Assembly: GCA_963788655.1 (NCBI GenBank)
Contig: CAWBHS010000010.1
Span: forward strand, 1-44,806
Direction: 5' to 3'
DNA length: 44,806 nt
From: an uncultured Verrucomicrobiae bacterium
Lineage (GTDB): Bacteria; Verrucomicrobiota; Verrucomicrobiia; Limisphaerales; JAFGQR01
Under the pieces are notes generated by a model. It saw only the letters and a list, made by a program, of their open reading frames with translations. It did no database searches and had not been told where the DNA came from. Positions within the stretch are counted from its first letter, which is position 1. Each line of letters opens with the position of its first letter. Below are positions 31,701-42,298 of this stretch, in pieces. The translations under genes and the position numbers were made by a program.

Positions 31701-34700
31701 CTCCAGTTAACCAGCGCAACTGCCTTGCTTCCGACATTGCGCAATTCGATCCAATCCGGTTGCGTACCGCCATTCGTAATCGTGGTCAGATTCTCCGCCA
31801 TGATCTCATTCAACCGTACCGCTCCCAGTGCGGGCGGCGCGCTGACAAAGCCCGGAGTGCCTGCCGCCGTAGCGCTGGCCCGCCAATTGGCGGGGGCGTT
31901 GGCGGCGCCGGTCGCGTCGATAATTTCCAAACTGCTGCCCATGCCGTCCGCTTCTGTTGGCCAGGGAGATTTGTCGTCGTAGATCACGGACGCCAAGGTG
32001 TGTCCCTCGGGATCGAGGATTGCCAGGCGTTCGCCGCCGTTGGAGAGGTTGCCGGAATAGTAGCCAAAGACCGTCACTGCGGGATACCGCGAGGCAAAGG
32101 CTGCGGGACTGGCGCCATTGGCCAACACCAGCACCTGGCCCGCTTGGAGCACGGTGCCCGGCTCGAAACCAAACGTGATTCCCGAGCATGTGAAGCCGCC
32201 CACGTCCACCGGCACGTCGCCGATATTTTGAATTTCCAAAAACTCGTAGGGATCGCCGCCCGCCGGATTATACATGAGCTCCGTGAACCGCAGCGGCAGA
32301 CCTAATTCCGCCACGGTGAACGTGGCCTCGTTCAAGGCGCTCCAGGTGTTCCCGTCCAATGCGCGCGCCTTGACCACCAGGGTGCGCGTCAACGTCACGG
32401 GGCCGGAATACGTCACGGCCGATGGCGACACAGCGCCACTGCCATAAACGCGCGGCTCCACGCCATTGAGCGTGTAATAAATCGTGCCGCCGGTGCCGGT
32501 CATGGTCAATTGATACCCACTGGCAACCCGGCCGCCGTGCTGGCTGAACTCCGGCGTGGCCAGGGAAGGGTAGAGTCCGGCGGAACGCAACTGGTTCAAC
32601 ACATTGCCAGTACGCACCGGAAAATACTGGTTCACCAGCCGGTTTTGTTCGGCCAGGAAATAGCCGTTGTAAGTAAACAGTGGCGCTGCTCCGTTGCGAA
32701 CGCTGACGTCGCGGCGGTAATCGCCCCAGCGCGCCGATTCCGCAATCATGCCGAGATCCACTTCGTGCGCTCGTTTCATCCAACGCGCGGTCACGGCTTC
32801 GGGGGTCAAGGCCCCCTCGTTAAAAAAATGCCTGTGAACACGATCCGCAAACTCCAAGCGGTATTCGGCATTGGCCAGGAGCTTGGTGTGCAACCCGGAC
32901 GGCACATCGGAGTTGCTGACGCGATTGTCGCCGGTTGCTTCCAGCGTACGCTCGCCGTCCCAGGGTAAATACTTGAACCCCGCGCCGGGAACCCGACGCC
33001 GGAGCAGATACCAATTCTTGTTGACTCCCCAGTCCAGATTAGCGGCGTAAAACTGGCCGAGCAGGTAGTCGATGAATTGCGGCATGTCCAGATACTGCTT
33101 CATCAGCGCGTACTGCCCGTTGTCGGCGAGATTGCCAATCGCCAGCATCGCGTTGTAGGCGCTGCTGTTTCCGCGCTTGGCCGCGCCTTCATTGATCACG
33201 TCATATTCCTCCGGTTCGCCGCCGAGATATGACGCGGCAAATTCGTCATCCGGCCGTTCCGTCGGATCGTAAATACCCCAATAAAGCCCGTTGATGTACA
33301 GATGCACGTAACGGCTGTGGCTGGCGAGGCCCCCCATGTCGCGCAGCGTATCTTTGACAAACGCATCACGGGTCCGCTGGCCGCGGAGCCGCTGGTTGGC
33401 GTCCCAGTGGATCCAGGAATTGTTATAATCCGCGCGCAACACCAGCGTGTTGAAGCGGTCCATCGCCGAATCAGGAAAGAGCTTATACTCGAGCTTGCCC
33501 GGACCGTACTGGCCTTTGAACACCAAACGGAAGGCGTGCTTCGGCGAATTGTCCGGGCTCCGGTTGGCATTGCCCTGCATTTGGATGCCGCAGTTCACCT
33601 GGAATCCTGACGCTCCGTCCGGGTAAATCAGTTCCAGTGAACAGGGCCGTTCCCACCCTGGGTCGCGCGAGGTCGGATGGGCGTAGATGCCGCGGCTGGA
33701 ACCGAAGACGTCGTCCACATTCATCACGATGGACAACGTCGGCAACCATTGCAGGGCCGGTTTCATCTGATCGCGATATTGCGGATCGTTGACGATCTCC
33801 GGGTCCATTTCGTAGTCCACCAACGACCACGATCCCCACGCGGTGGGGAAGCCCGGCGGATTGGCTGGTTGATGGACGACCTGGTCGAGGAAGAGATAGG
33901 TGCGCGTAGCCACGGTCGAAGGCAGGTATTCCGTCTTAAAAGCCGCCGCGCGCAGCGTCATGGTATTGGTGATGTCGAGGGAACCGTTATAAATACGGCC
34001 CGTGGTGGCCGTGGGCTGGCTACCATCGGTGGTGAAGCGAATGATCGCGCCGGGCACCGGCGTCGTCAGCGCGAGCGTGAACGGCAGCTCAAATAAGCCG
34101 TGATCGACACTGAAGTGTACCGCTGGGATCACGCCGATGATGCTACTGTTGCCGTTCGGCCCGCCGGGCGTGGGCGTCGCAAAGTAGCGCAAGGTATCCG
34201 TGGCATCATAACCGTAGGAGTAATCATTGCGCTGTTCGGGAACGTTCGCGGTCCAAACCTCCCGGCGTGGTGAGTCCGCGCTGAACAGCCCAAGGAATTC
34301 CCCGGCGCTGGTCAGGCGAAAATTGGTGTGCAACCGCGAGCCGGGGGCGGTCGGTTTGCGATCCTTGCCGGAGGCGAACACCACCAAATACTGGTGTGCG
34401 CCCAAGGATACGTCCGGAAAAATCCACCGGTCGGGATCATCTGGATCATCGGTCAGCGACCAGCCCAACAGGTTCACCGGAGTGCCACCGCCATTGTAGA
34501 GTTCAATCCAGTCCTGCAACTCTCCATCTTCATCGCTGAGTTGGTTGGGATTGAGCGCCGCCGCCAGCAGCTCGTTGATCCGCACTTCGGGCACCTGGAT
34601 GTTGGGATCCAGCGTGTAAGACCAACTGCCCCCGCCAAATGCATTGGGCGAGGAGGCCAGGTCGCGAATGCCATGGTCCGGCGCCCACGCCACCTCCACC

Positions 34701-35875
34701 GCACCCGCAGCCGGAGCGGGAAAGGTAAAAATGTAAGGACCGGCCAAACTGCCGGACACACTGGCGGCGGGGACGTCGTTGATCCGCAGGTCAGCAGCTT
34801 CCACCCCGGTAACCGGCTCATTGAACCGTACGGAAATCTGCGTGAGTCGGCCCACCGCCGCGCCGTCCGGAGGATTGAGACTGGTCACCGCCGGTGGAGT
34901 GGTGTCCACCAACGTGTATTGCCAGGTCGCTCCCAGCCCGGCGGGATTGAACAGGTTTTGTTCCGGAGACACATCGGTGATCTGCGTTTCAATGTCCCAA
35001 GAGATCCTCACGGTTCCGTAGGGCGGCGGGTCAAAAAAGAAGGTGTAACTACTCCCGGAGCCGCTGACGGCGGTGGCGGAAACGCCGTTAATGAGCAGAT
35101 CGGAAAAACCCACCCCGCCGACTGGTTCGTCAAATTGCACGGTGATGCGATCCAAATTGGACAACGTGCTGCCGGCCGCTGGAATGGCTTGCGCAACCGT
35201 TGGCCCGGTAATGTCTGGAAGGTCGCCGAACAACTCGACGGCAACCTGGAAATCGTTGTCGTCCGGTTGGTAGTTGAACGCTTGCACACACAGGACATTC
35301 GTACCATCGCGCAGGGCGCCGGCGACCAGGGAATACACGCTGGTGGTGTAGAAGAAGTTCGCCTCGCGCTGGCCGAGCGCGGTGTCGGTGTGAGCGTAGT
35401 TATTCTTACGCACGCCGGCCACGCGGATTTCCTGCCCGTTGATCCACGCTACCAGGCCATCATCGATGTACATTCCCAACACCAAATCGCGCAGCGCATT
35501 GGTATTCACGACAAACGTCTGCCTCAGGTAGATGCAGCCATACGAGCCTTGCATGTCGGCGAGCACGGTGCCGCCGGTCAGATCATCGTCGCCGCCAACT
35601 GCGTTGGTACCGTAATGAAAAGGCGCGGCGCCCGTCAGCCAGGCGGAATCGTCAAACGCAACTTCCCGCCACTCATTCGTGGGCGTGGAGGCCTCGGTCG
35701 TACCCTTGAAGTAGCGCCAAGTGGCATTCGTCGAGATCAGGATTTCCGCTGATAGTTGAGTCGTCAGGAACCCCAGCAGCAAAGCGGTGATGAGCAGCAG
35801 CAAACCCTGGCGGTGGCAATTCCGTTTGCGTTGGGTTTGGAGACGAAGAGCAGTTTTTACAACGGTTTGAAACAT
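28708..35875 (-). CDS. Giant secreted protein B (~2390 aa), paralogue of A: WRYFKG domain, 2 Ig-like, 8 LTDs, CotH-type kinase, DxDGDG repeats, C-terminal RFYR domain; four single-base insertions (~31037, ~30730, ~30630, ~29930)
   Basis: Five consecutive frames are collinear with protein A. CotH-like HLYINGLYWGIY..ERPD, NLDWGVNKNW, PWDGE; DTDGDGMPDAWE and DLDGDGFANGAEY motifs. Start uncertain (35875 or 35893). Confidence 0.82.
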
Positions 35876-36353
35876 TACTACATCACGGCGCAATCCAATG
35901 TCGGGCTGTTTCCAAGCCGCATTGGGTGGCTCGATTCACTAATTACTTCAAAAGTACCTATTGGGTCACGTCGTCGGGAGCCTGGCGGCGCGATGATTCC
36001 CCCCCGTGCAACCGACAAGGCGACTCGTCACGTCAAGCCACACGAACTCCGCCATGGGTGGTGAGGGGTTCACTGTTTTGGATCATAAGCATTTCGGCAG
36101 ACTTAGCAAGCTAATTGTGCAGCGAAACACCAAGACCGCAATCGCAGCGCCCGGAATGATCCGGAACGGGGCGCCTGCTGCCGGACGCCCATTAAAGTGG
36201 GTGAAGTTTCGGTTGTTGAGCATACTTCTCCAGCAATTTAGGACTTGGCTCCGATAGCCATGAATGATCTTCTTCCCTGGCTTTCGCGGGTTGGCGGCAT
36301 TGCGGATCGAGAATTCAGTCCTCCGTCCGGGTAGCCGCCGCTTGGAAGCAACA

Positions 36354-37763
36354 ATGACTAGGAACCAGAACCAGCGATGGCAATCGGTCCGGGTTTGGCT
36401 GCTGAGCACCGGCCTGTTGCTCGGGGTGGGGTGCGCTTCGCCTCGAGAACGACCAGCCGTAGAGGCCGGGCGAACCAACGCGCCGGCAGCATTGACCGCT
36501 TCCGTCCGGGCAACGAACCAGGGCGAATTGCCGGCCTTGACCGAGAATTCCGTTCTTCCGGATTACCTCGCGTATGCGGCGTTGAACAATCCGCAATTGG
36601 AAGCCGCATTCAACCGCTGGAAAGCCGCCCTGGAAATGGTGTCTCAAGCCCGTACGCTGCCGGATCCCAAATTCAACTACGGCTACTTTATTCGTGAAGT
36701 GGAAACCCGGGTTGGTCCGCAGGAGCATCGGCTCGGGCTGGGGCAAACGTTTCCGTGGTTCGGCAAATTGAAATTGCGAGGGGAAGCCGCGCTCCAGGGG
36801 TCCCAGGCCGTGGAGCAACAATATGAAGCGGCCCGGCTCAAACTCTTCAATGAAGTCAAACAGGCTTACTACGAGTTCTATTATCTGGGCCGCGTCATCG
36901 GAATCACCGACGAGAATGTGGTGCTGCTGCGCGAGTTTGAAACGGTGGCTCAAGCGAAGTACCAAACCGGGACCGCCCTGTTCGCGGACGTTATTAAAGC
37001 GCAGGTGGAGCTGGACAAGTTGCGCGACCGCGCGGACACGCTGCGCGACCTCAAGAGCCCGGTCATGGCCCGTCTCAACGCCGCGTTGAATCGTCCGGCT
37101 AACGCCGCCTTGCCCTGGCCTCAAAAGGTGCCGTCCGAGCATCCCGGGGTGGAGGCCGATCAACTGGCCGACTGGATGATGGCCGCCAACCCGGAACTCA
37201 GGGGCCTGCAGTTTCAGGCAGACCAGGAACAAGCCAACCTGGCCTTGGCGCGAAAGGACTTTTATCCGGATGTCACCGCGGCCCTCGACTACACGGTCAC
37301 CGGCGACGCCCGCATGCCCAATGTACCGGGCAGCGGCAAGGACGCGGTATTGCTCGGCTTCTCCATCAATCTTCCCTTGTGGCGGGACAAGTATCGGGCG
37401 GCGGTGCGGGCCGCGGAAAACCGGCTCACGGCGGTTCAGCAGGAACGGCTGGACCGCGGGAATGTTTTGGCGAGCGACTTGAAACTGGCCTTGTTCAAGT
37501 TGCGGGATGCGGAGCGCAAAATTGTATTGTATCGAGATAATTTGATCCCCAAGGCCAACGAAAACTTGAATGCCACCCAACGCTCGTTCGAAACCGGCAA
37601 GGTCGATTTCCTGAACCTCATTGACGCTGAGCGCGTGCTGCTGGAGTTCCGGTTGACCTACGAACGGGCGGTGGCGGACCGCGGGCAGGGTTGGGCGACC
37701 ATCGAGAAGCTCGTGGGCAAGGATTTGCGCTCGCTCGAACCAAAGTCTCCCGCCACGCCCTGA
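36354..37763 (+). CDS. TolC-family outer-membrane efflux lipoprotein (CusC-like)
   Basis: Lipobox LGVGC, NNPQLEAA, LPDPKF, QTFPWFGKL, INLPLW and FETGKVDFLNLIDAER. Confidence 0.88.
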   Translation: MTRNQNQRWQSVRVWLLSTGLLLGVGCASPRERPAVEAGRTNAPAALTASVRATNQGELPALTENSVLPDYLAYAALNNPQLEAAFNRWKAALEMVSQARTLPDPKFNYGYFIREVETRVGPQEHRLGLGQTFPWFGKLKLRGEAALQGSQAVEQQYEAARLKLFNEVKQAYYEFYYLGRVIGITDENVVLLREFETVAQAKYQTGTALFADVIKAQVELDKLRDRADTLRDLKSPVMARLNAALNRPANAALPWPQKVPSEHPGVEADQLADWMMAANPELRGLQFQADQEQANLALARKDFYPDVTAALDYTVTGDARMPNVPGSGKDAVLLGFSINLPLWRDKYRAAVRAAENRLTAVQQERLDRGNVLASDLKLALFKLRDAERKIVLYRDNLIPKANENLNATQRSFETGKVDFLNLIDAERVLLEFRLTYERAVADRGQGWATIEKLVGKDLRSLEPKSPATP

Positions 37764-37780
37764 TCCGTCGTGTGATTCGT

Positions 37781-38359
37781 ATGCCCAATCAACTCAAGAA
37801 CTGGCTGCACTTTCTCTGGGCCGGCATTCTAAATCAAAAGCAGACCGGCGGGATTATGCCGTCGCAACGGTTCCTCATCGACAAGATGATCAGCCCGATT
37901 CCGCGGGATCACCGCGGACCCATCATTGAACTGGGAGCCGGCAGTGGCGCGCTCACCTTGCGGTTGGCGGAACGCTGTCCGAGCGCGCAGGTGTTCACTT
38001 GCGAGATCAATCCGGCACTCGCCAAGGTCAATCAGCGTAATGTGATGGCCGCCGGGGCGGAAGAACGAGTGCAAGTCATTGCGGAGAGCGCGGAGGGTTT
38101 TCTGGCGGAACTGGTTCGTCAACAACACCCGCCGGTGGCGTATATCGTTTCCGGCGTTCCCATCGGAAATTTCGGCCGACAACGCACTTTGACGCTGCTG
38201 CGCGGTATTTGCGGCGCCTTGCAGGAGGGGGGGATGTACATCCAGTTTCAGCATTCATTGCTCGACCGAAAAAAGATCCGGCAGTTGTTTCGGAACGTGC
38301 GCACCACACCTGTGTTTCTGAATTTCCCGCCGGCCGTCGTCTATTACGCGCAGCGCTGA
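37781..38359 (+). CDS. Class I SAM methyltransferase, phospholipid N-methyltransferase (PmtA)-like
   Basis: TGGIMPSQRFL, IIELGAGSG (SAM motif I), IVSGVP, IQFQHS and C-terminal NFPPAVVY, all typical of PmtA-like proteins. Confidence 0.85.
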   Translation: MPNQLKNWLHFLWAGILNQKQTGGIMPSQRFLIDKMISPIPRDHRGPIIELGAGSGALTLRLAERCPSAQVFTCEINPALAKVNQRNVMAAGAEERVQVIAESAEGFLAELVRQQHPPVAYIVSGVPIGNFGRQRTLTLLRGICGALQEGGMYIQFQHSLLDRKKIRQLFRNVRTTPVFLNFPPAVVYYAQR

Positions 38360-38744
38360 CCCTTCCCGTCGAGCCGGCGGTCCGCCGGTTACGAACTGCG
38401 AGGGGACGTCCATTGCATTCACAAACATTCCCCAACCAATGACGTGGTTGGGATCGTCGAGGACGCCGAGACGGACTCGCCGTTAAGCTGGGACCGAATG
38501 CTGTTGGAAGGTAGTCCGCTTGGGCAACTGAGTACGAACATTTCCTAGGCAAGCATGGGGCTGCCTGCCGGTAGCGAATCCCCTGCCCCGCCGTTAAACT
38601 AACTCCGGTTATGCGGTATGAGACTTGGCATAGTGAACCTCGAATTACAGGTCGAACAGCTCGACGCGGCCGGGCATTGTCACCGCCGGCTCGGATCGCA
38701 TTGGCGGCGCTCGAACCATCGGCAGGCAAGGAGTCGGCCGCGCG

Positions 38745-39359
38745 ATGAAAATAATATTGAAAATCGTGATCGGGTTTCTCGTCGGGATCGTCTTCAGCAT
38801 CGGCGTCCCGCTGATTATTCTGGCCCTGGGGGTACCCGATTTCGGCGCCGACGCCAAGCCTACATGGCTCGAACGCACCCTCGCTCCCTGGGCCCTGGAC
38901 CATTCCATTGAACGGCGGACGCTCCATCAGGCGGATTCTTTCGACGGCCAACCAGCAGCCATCGCCGAGGGACTGCGCCATTACCGGGAGAATTGTGTGG
39001 TCTGCCATGCCGCCCCCGGCCTGCAGCAGAGTGAAATCGCCATGGGAATGAATCCCCCGCCCCCGAATCTGGCCGGGGATACCCAGGAGATGCCGGATGG
39101 AGAGTTGTTCTGGTACATCAAACATGGGGTGCGCATGACTGGCATGCCCGCTTTCGGCCTCACGCACAGCGACGAACAGATCTGGAAGATCGTTGCCTTT
39201 GTCCGGCATCTGCCGCACCTCACCGACGCCGAAAAACTGGCATTACATGCCAAGCCCGAAGCCGGCCAAGAGCAGGCGGAAACGAAGTCAGACACTATCT
39301 CGCAAACAATATCAAAGCCGACCTCCATCACGAACCAACCCCCCGCCACCAACCAATGA
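38745..39359 (+). CDS. Membrane-anchored monohaem c-type cytochrome
   Basis: N-terminal TM helix, CVVCH haem motif, PPPPNL, and ELFWYIKHGVRMTGMPAF with the axial Met. Confidence 0.9.
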   Translation: MKIILKIVIGFLVGIVFSIGVPLIILALGVPDFGADAKPTWLERTLAPWALDHSIERRTLHQADSFDGQPAAIAEGLRHYRENCVVCHAAPGLQQSEIAMGMNPPPPNLAGDTQEMPDGELFWYIKHGVRMTGMPAFGLTHSDEQIWKIVAFVRHLPHLTDAEKLALHAKPEAGQEQAETKSDTISQTISKPTSITNQPPATNQ

Positions 39360-39389
39360 GGCTCTCAATCCCACCCAATTTGTAGCACT

Positions 39390-40637
39390 ATGAATTCACT
39401 TCTATTTTGGATAATCCTTTTTGGACTGATTTACTTGGGCTACCTGATTGGCCGTAGCGCGTCAGTGCGGACGCAAGCGACAGCGGCGGTGCGTCCGCCC
39501 AAACCCACCGTACCTCCGGAGACCGTGGCCCGATTCCACGAAGAACTGGCGCCGTTCCTGGCTATTTCCTGGCAGCGGAGCATGGGGAACTTGATCGAGT
39601 TTGCCGGGCAATTGCGTGGCCGATCCGAGGTGGTCTTCAAACAAATCCGTAAAGCCCTCGCGCCGGAAGATGTCACACCCATGCTCCTGGAGGGCGAAGG
39701 CGACGAGGTGCATCTGATCCTGATGCCCGGCAAACAAGGAACGTCCGCGGTCGAACACCCCCGCTGGTGGCTCCACGGATTGCTGCTGCTGGCCACGCTG
39801 GCCACCACTACCTGGGCGGGCGCGCTCCAGGAAGGTGTCAACCTGCTGCAACATCCGGCCATGTTTGCGGTCGGCCTGCCCTACAGCCTGGGACTCATGC
39901 TCATCCTTGGCGCGCACGAAATGGGACATTACCTCACCGCGTTGCACTATCGCATTCGGGTCACCCCGCCGTTCTTCATTCCGGTGCCCTTTGCCCTGGG
40001 CACCTTCGGCGCCTTCATCAAAATCAAGTCCCAAACCGAAACGCGGCGCAGTCTGTTTGACGTGGCGGTGGCCGGGCCGTTGGCGGGTCTGGTCTTCGCG
40101 GTGCCGGCCCTGTTGATTGGGCTTCACTATTCGAAGATCGTTCCCGGCAACCCACCGGGAGAACTGGTCCCCGGGGGACTGGACATCGGTTCATCGGTGA
40201 TGATGGCATTCCTGTCCCACCTCGCTCTCGGCGCTACCATTCACGAAGGGCATCGACTGTTACTGCACCCGCTGGCCTTTGCCGGCTGGCTGGGCCTGCT
40301 GGTGACTGCGTTGAACCTGCTGCCGATCGGCCAGCTTGATGGCGGCCACATGGCCCACGCTTTGTTCGGGCCGAGGAAAGCCCATGTCATCAGCGTCATT
40401 GCTCTGGTGACGTTGTTCATGCTCGCCTTGTTCGTGTGGCCGGGGCTGATGATCTGGGCGTTTATTGTGTTCTTTATCGCGGGCACCCGGGACGCACCCA
40501 CGGCGAATGATGTCACCCCAGTCAGCTTGCCACGAAGACTGCTCGGGTATTTCGCCTTTCTGTTATTGCTCGCGATTCTTGTGCCCGTGCCGCACGCACT
40601 GCACGACGTTGTCGGCATTCACAGTCCCTACATGTGA
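39390..40637 (+). CDS. Site-2 protease (M50 family intramembrane metalloprotease)
   Basis: HEMGH, PFFIP...GTFGAFI, AGPLAG and NLLPIGQLDGGH; multiple TM helices. Confidence 0.93.
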   Translation: MNSLLFWIILFGLIYLGYLIGRSASVRTQATAAVRPPKPTVPPETVARFHEELAPFLAISWQRSMGNLIEFAGQLRGRSEVVFKQIRKALAPEDVTPMLLEGEGDEVHLILMPGKQGTSAVEHPRWWLHGLLLLATLATTTWAGALQEGVNLLQHPAMFAVGLPYSLGLMLILGAHEMGHYLTALHYRIRVTPPFFIPVPFALGTFGAFIKIKSQTETRRSLFDVAVAGPLAGLVFAVPALLIGLHYSKIVPGNPPGELVPGGLDIGSSVMMAFLSHLALGATIHEGHRLLLHPLAFAGWLGLLVTALNLLPIGQLDGGHMAHALFGPRKAHVISVIALVTLFMLALFVWPGLMIWAFIVFFIAGTRDAPTANDVTPVSLPRRLLGYFAFLLLLAILVPVPHALHDVVGIHSPYM

Positions 40638-40690
40638 ACCATTGGTCATTGCCGCGGGCCGCCAGAAAATGGGATTCTCAGCCCGAGTTT

Positions 40691-42088
40691 ATGGCGACCG
40701 AACCCTTGAAACCTACTGATCTGGCCATCGCGACGACCGTGCCGGCCGCGGCGTCTGCCCGGATTCCCACGGCCCTTCCCCTCAGCTTGCTTCGCTCACC
40801 GCGACGGCCCTTTATTTGGGTGTTGTTATTGGTGATGGGCATGGGAGGCGGGATGCTGTTGGACCGCTGGTTATTGATGACTTTCATGCCGGCGAATGCC
40901 CGATCCGATTTTCGACTCATGGCTCAGGCGTGGAATGTTATCGACGCTTACTACGTGGACCGCGCCGCCCTCCAACCCCAGCGAATGGCCTACGGCGCCA
41001 TCAGCGGCATGGTGGACGCGTTGGGCGACAACGGTCACAGCGCCTTCCTCTCGCCCACCATGGTCAAGCAGGTTCGCGAGGCCACCGCCGGCAAGCTCAA
41101 GGGCATCGGGATCGAGATTCAAATGAAGGATCAACACCTGGTGGTGGTCGCGCCGCTCGACGATTCTCCCGCCCAACGGGCTGGGTTGCGCCCCGGGGAC
41201 ATCATTCTCAAAGTCAATGGTCGTGACATCACCGGCCTGCCGCTCGGAGAAGTGATCAAGCAGATTTCCGGGCCCGCCGGCACCACCGTTCGGCTGACTC
41301 TCCTGGAAGCCAAATCCGGAAGAACCCGTGAAGTGACCGTAGAGCGCGCGGACATCCAACTGCACCCGGTGACCTGGGAGCGGTTGCCTGGCACAGCGAT
41401 TGCCGACTTGCGGATTTCCAGTTTCAGCGATGATGTGACCAAGGACTTGAAAACGGCGCTGCGGGGAATTCAGGTCCGGAAACTGGAGGGCATCATTCTG
41501 GATTTGCGCAACAATCCCGGCGGCATCCTGGATGAAGCCGTGGGCACCGCCAGCCAATTTCTTACCCATGGCAACGTGCTGTTGGTCCGCGACGCCGAAG
41601 GAAAAACATCCCCTGTGCCCGTCGAAGCAGGCGGGCTGGCGCCGGACCTCCCGCTCGTGGTGCTGGTCAACGGCGGATCAGCCAGTGCGGCGGAAATTGT
41701 GGCCGGGGCCCTGCAAGACGCCCACCGGGCCACGCTCGTGGGCGAAACCACCTTCGGCACCGGCACCGTCCTAAACGAATTCCCGCTGTACAACGGCTCC
41801 GCCCTGCTGTTGGCCGTGCGCGAATGGCTGACCCCGGACGGCCATTCTTTCTGGCACGAAGGGATTACTCCCAAAATCAAAGTAGCCCTGGCAGCCGACG
41901 CCACGCCATTGACGCCGGAGGGCGAACGCGAGCTAACCACCGCTCAACTGCAAGCCAGCGACGACCAACAATTGTTGCGCGCCGTTGAATTACTGAAAGG
42001 CTTGATCCGCGAGTCCGGAGCAACCAACCCCGCCTCGGCCGCGGATGTTCGCAGCACGAACCAAACACCCACACCCACCGCTCCATGA
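40691..42088 (+). CDS. C-terminal processing peptidase (S41A, CtpA-like) with PDZ domain
   Basis: GIGIEI, SPAQRAGLRPGDIILKVNG (PDZ), ILDLRNNPGG, SASAAEIVAGALQD and GETTFGTG. The usual catalytic Lys of the FGKG motif reads Thr here. Start 40634 (GTG) or 40691. Confidence 0.9.
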   Translation: MATEPLKPTDLAIATTVPAAASARIPTALPLSLLRSPRRPFIWVLLLVMGMGGGMLLDRWLLMTFMPANARSDFRLMAQAWNVIDAYYVDRAALQPQRMAYGAISGMVDALGDNGHSAFLSPTMVKQVREATAGKLKGIGIEIQMKDQHLVVVAPLDDSPAQRAGLRPGDIILKVNGRDITGLPLGEVIKQISGPAGTTVRLTLLEAKSGRTREVTVERADIQLHPVTWERLPGTAIADLRISSFSDDVTKDLKTALRGIQVRKLEGIILDLRNNPGGILDEAVGTASQFLTHGNVLLVRDAEGKTSPVPVEAGGLAPDLPLVVLVNGGSASAAEIVAGALQDAHRATLVGETTFGTGTVLNEFPLYNGSALLLAVREWLTPDGHSFWHEGITPKIKVALAADATPLTPEGERELTTAQLQASDDQQLLRAVELLKGLIRESGATNPASAADVRSTNQTPTPTAP

Positions 42089-42112
42089 AAACGCCGCACT
42101 CTAATTCTGATT

Positions 42113-42200
42113 GTAGCCGCCGACGTGAGGAGGCTCTGAATTATCTGGATTGTTCACTGCCTAGTTCCAGAGCATTGAGCCTCCTCACGTCGGTGGCTAC
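42113..42200. repeat. REP-like inverted pair, family GTAGCCGCCGACGTGAGGAGGC
   Basis: GTAGCCGCCGACGTGAGGAGGCTC ... GAGCCTCCTCACGTCGGTGGCTAC (one mismatch). Confidence 0.88.
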
Positions 42201-42298
42201 GGGTTGAAGAACTATTATGCCCGCTCCGACACGAATTTGAACCATCCATTTCAACCAATACCGCAAGGACACCATAACCCAGAAAGGATCCCACCGAC

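Noticed and set aside
19477..35893. Diversity-generating retroelement acting on the paralogous repeats
   Set aside because: No reverse transcriptase in the window, and no near-identical template/variable repeat pair with adenine-specific differences was seen.
38360..38744. Hairpins and ORF 38618..38911 upstream of the cytochrome c gene
   Set aside because: No U-tract terminator or known RNA motif; the ORF overlaps the cytochrome gene out of frame.
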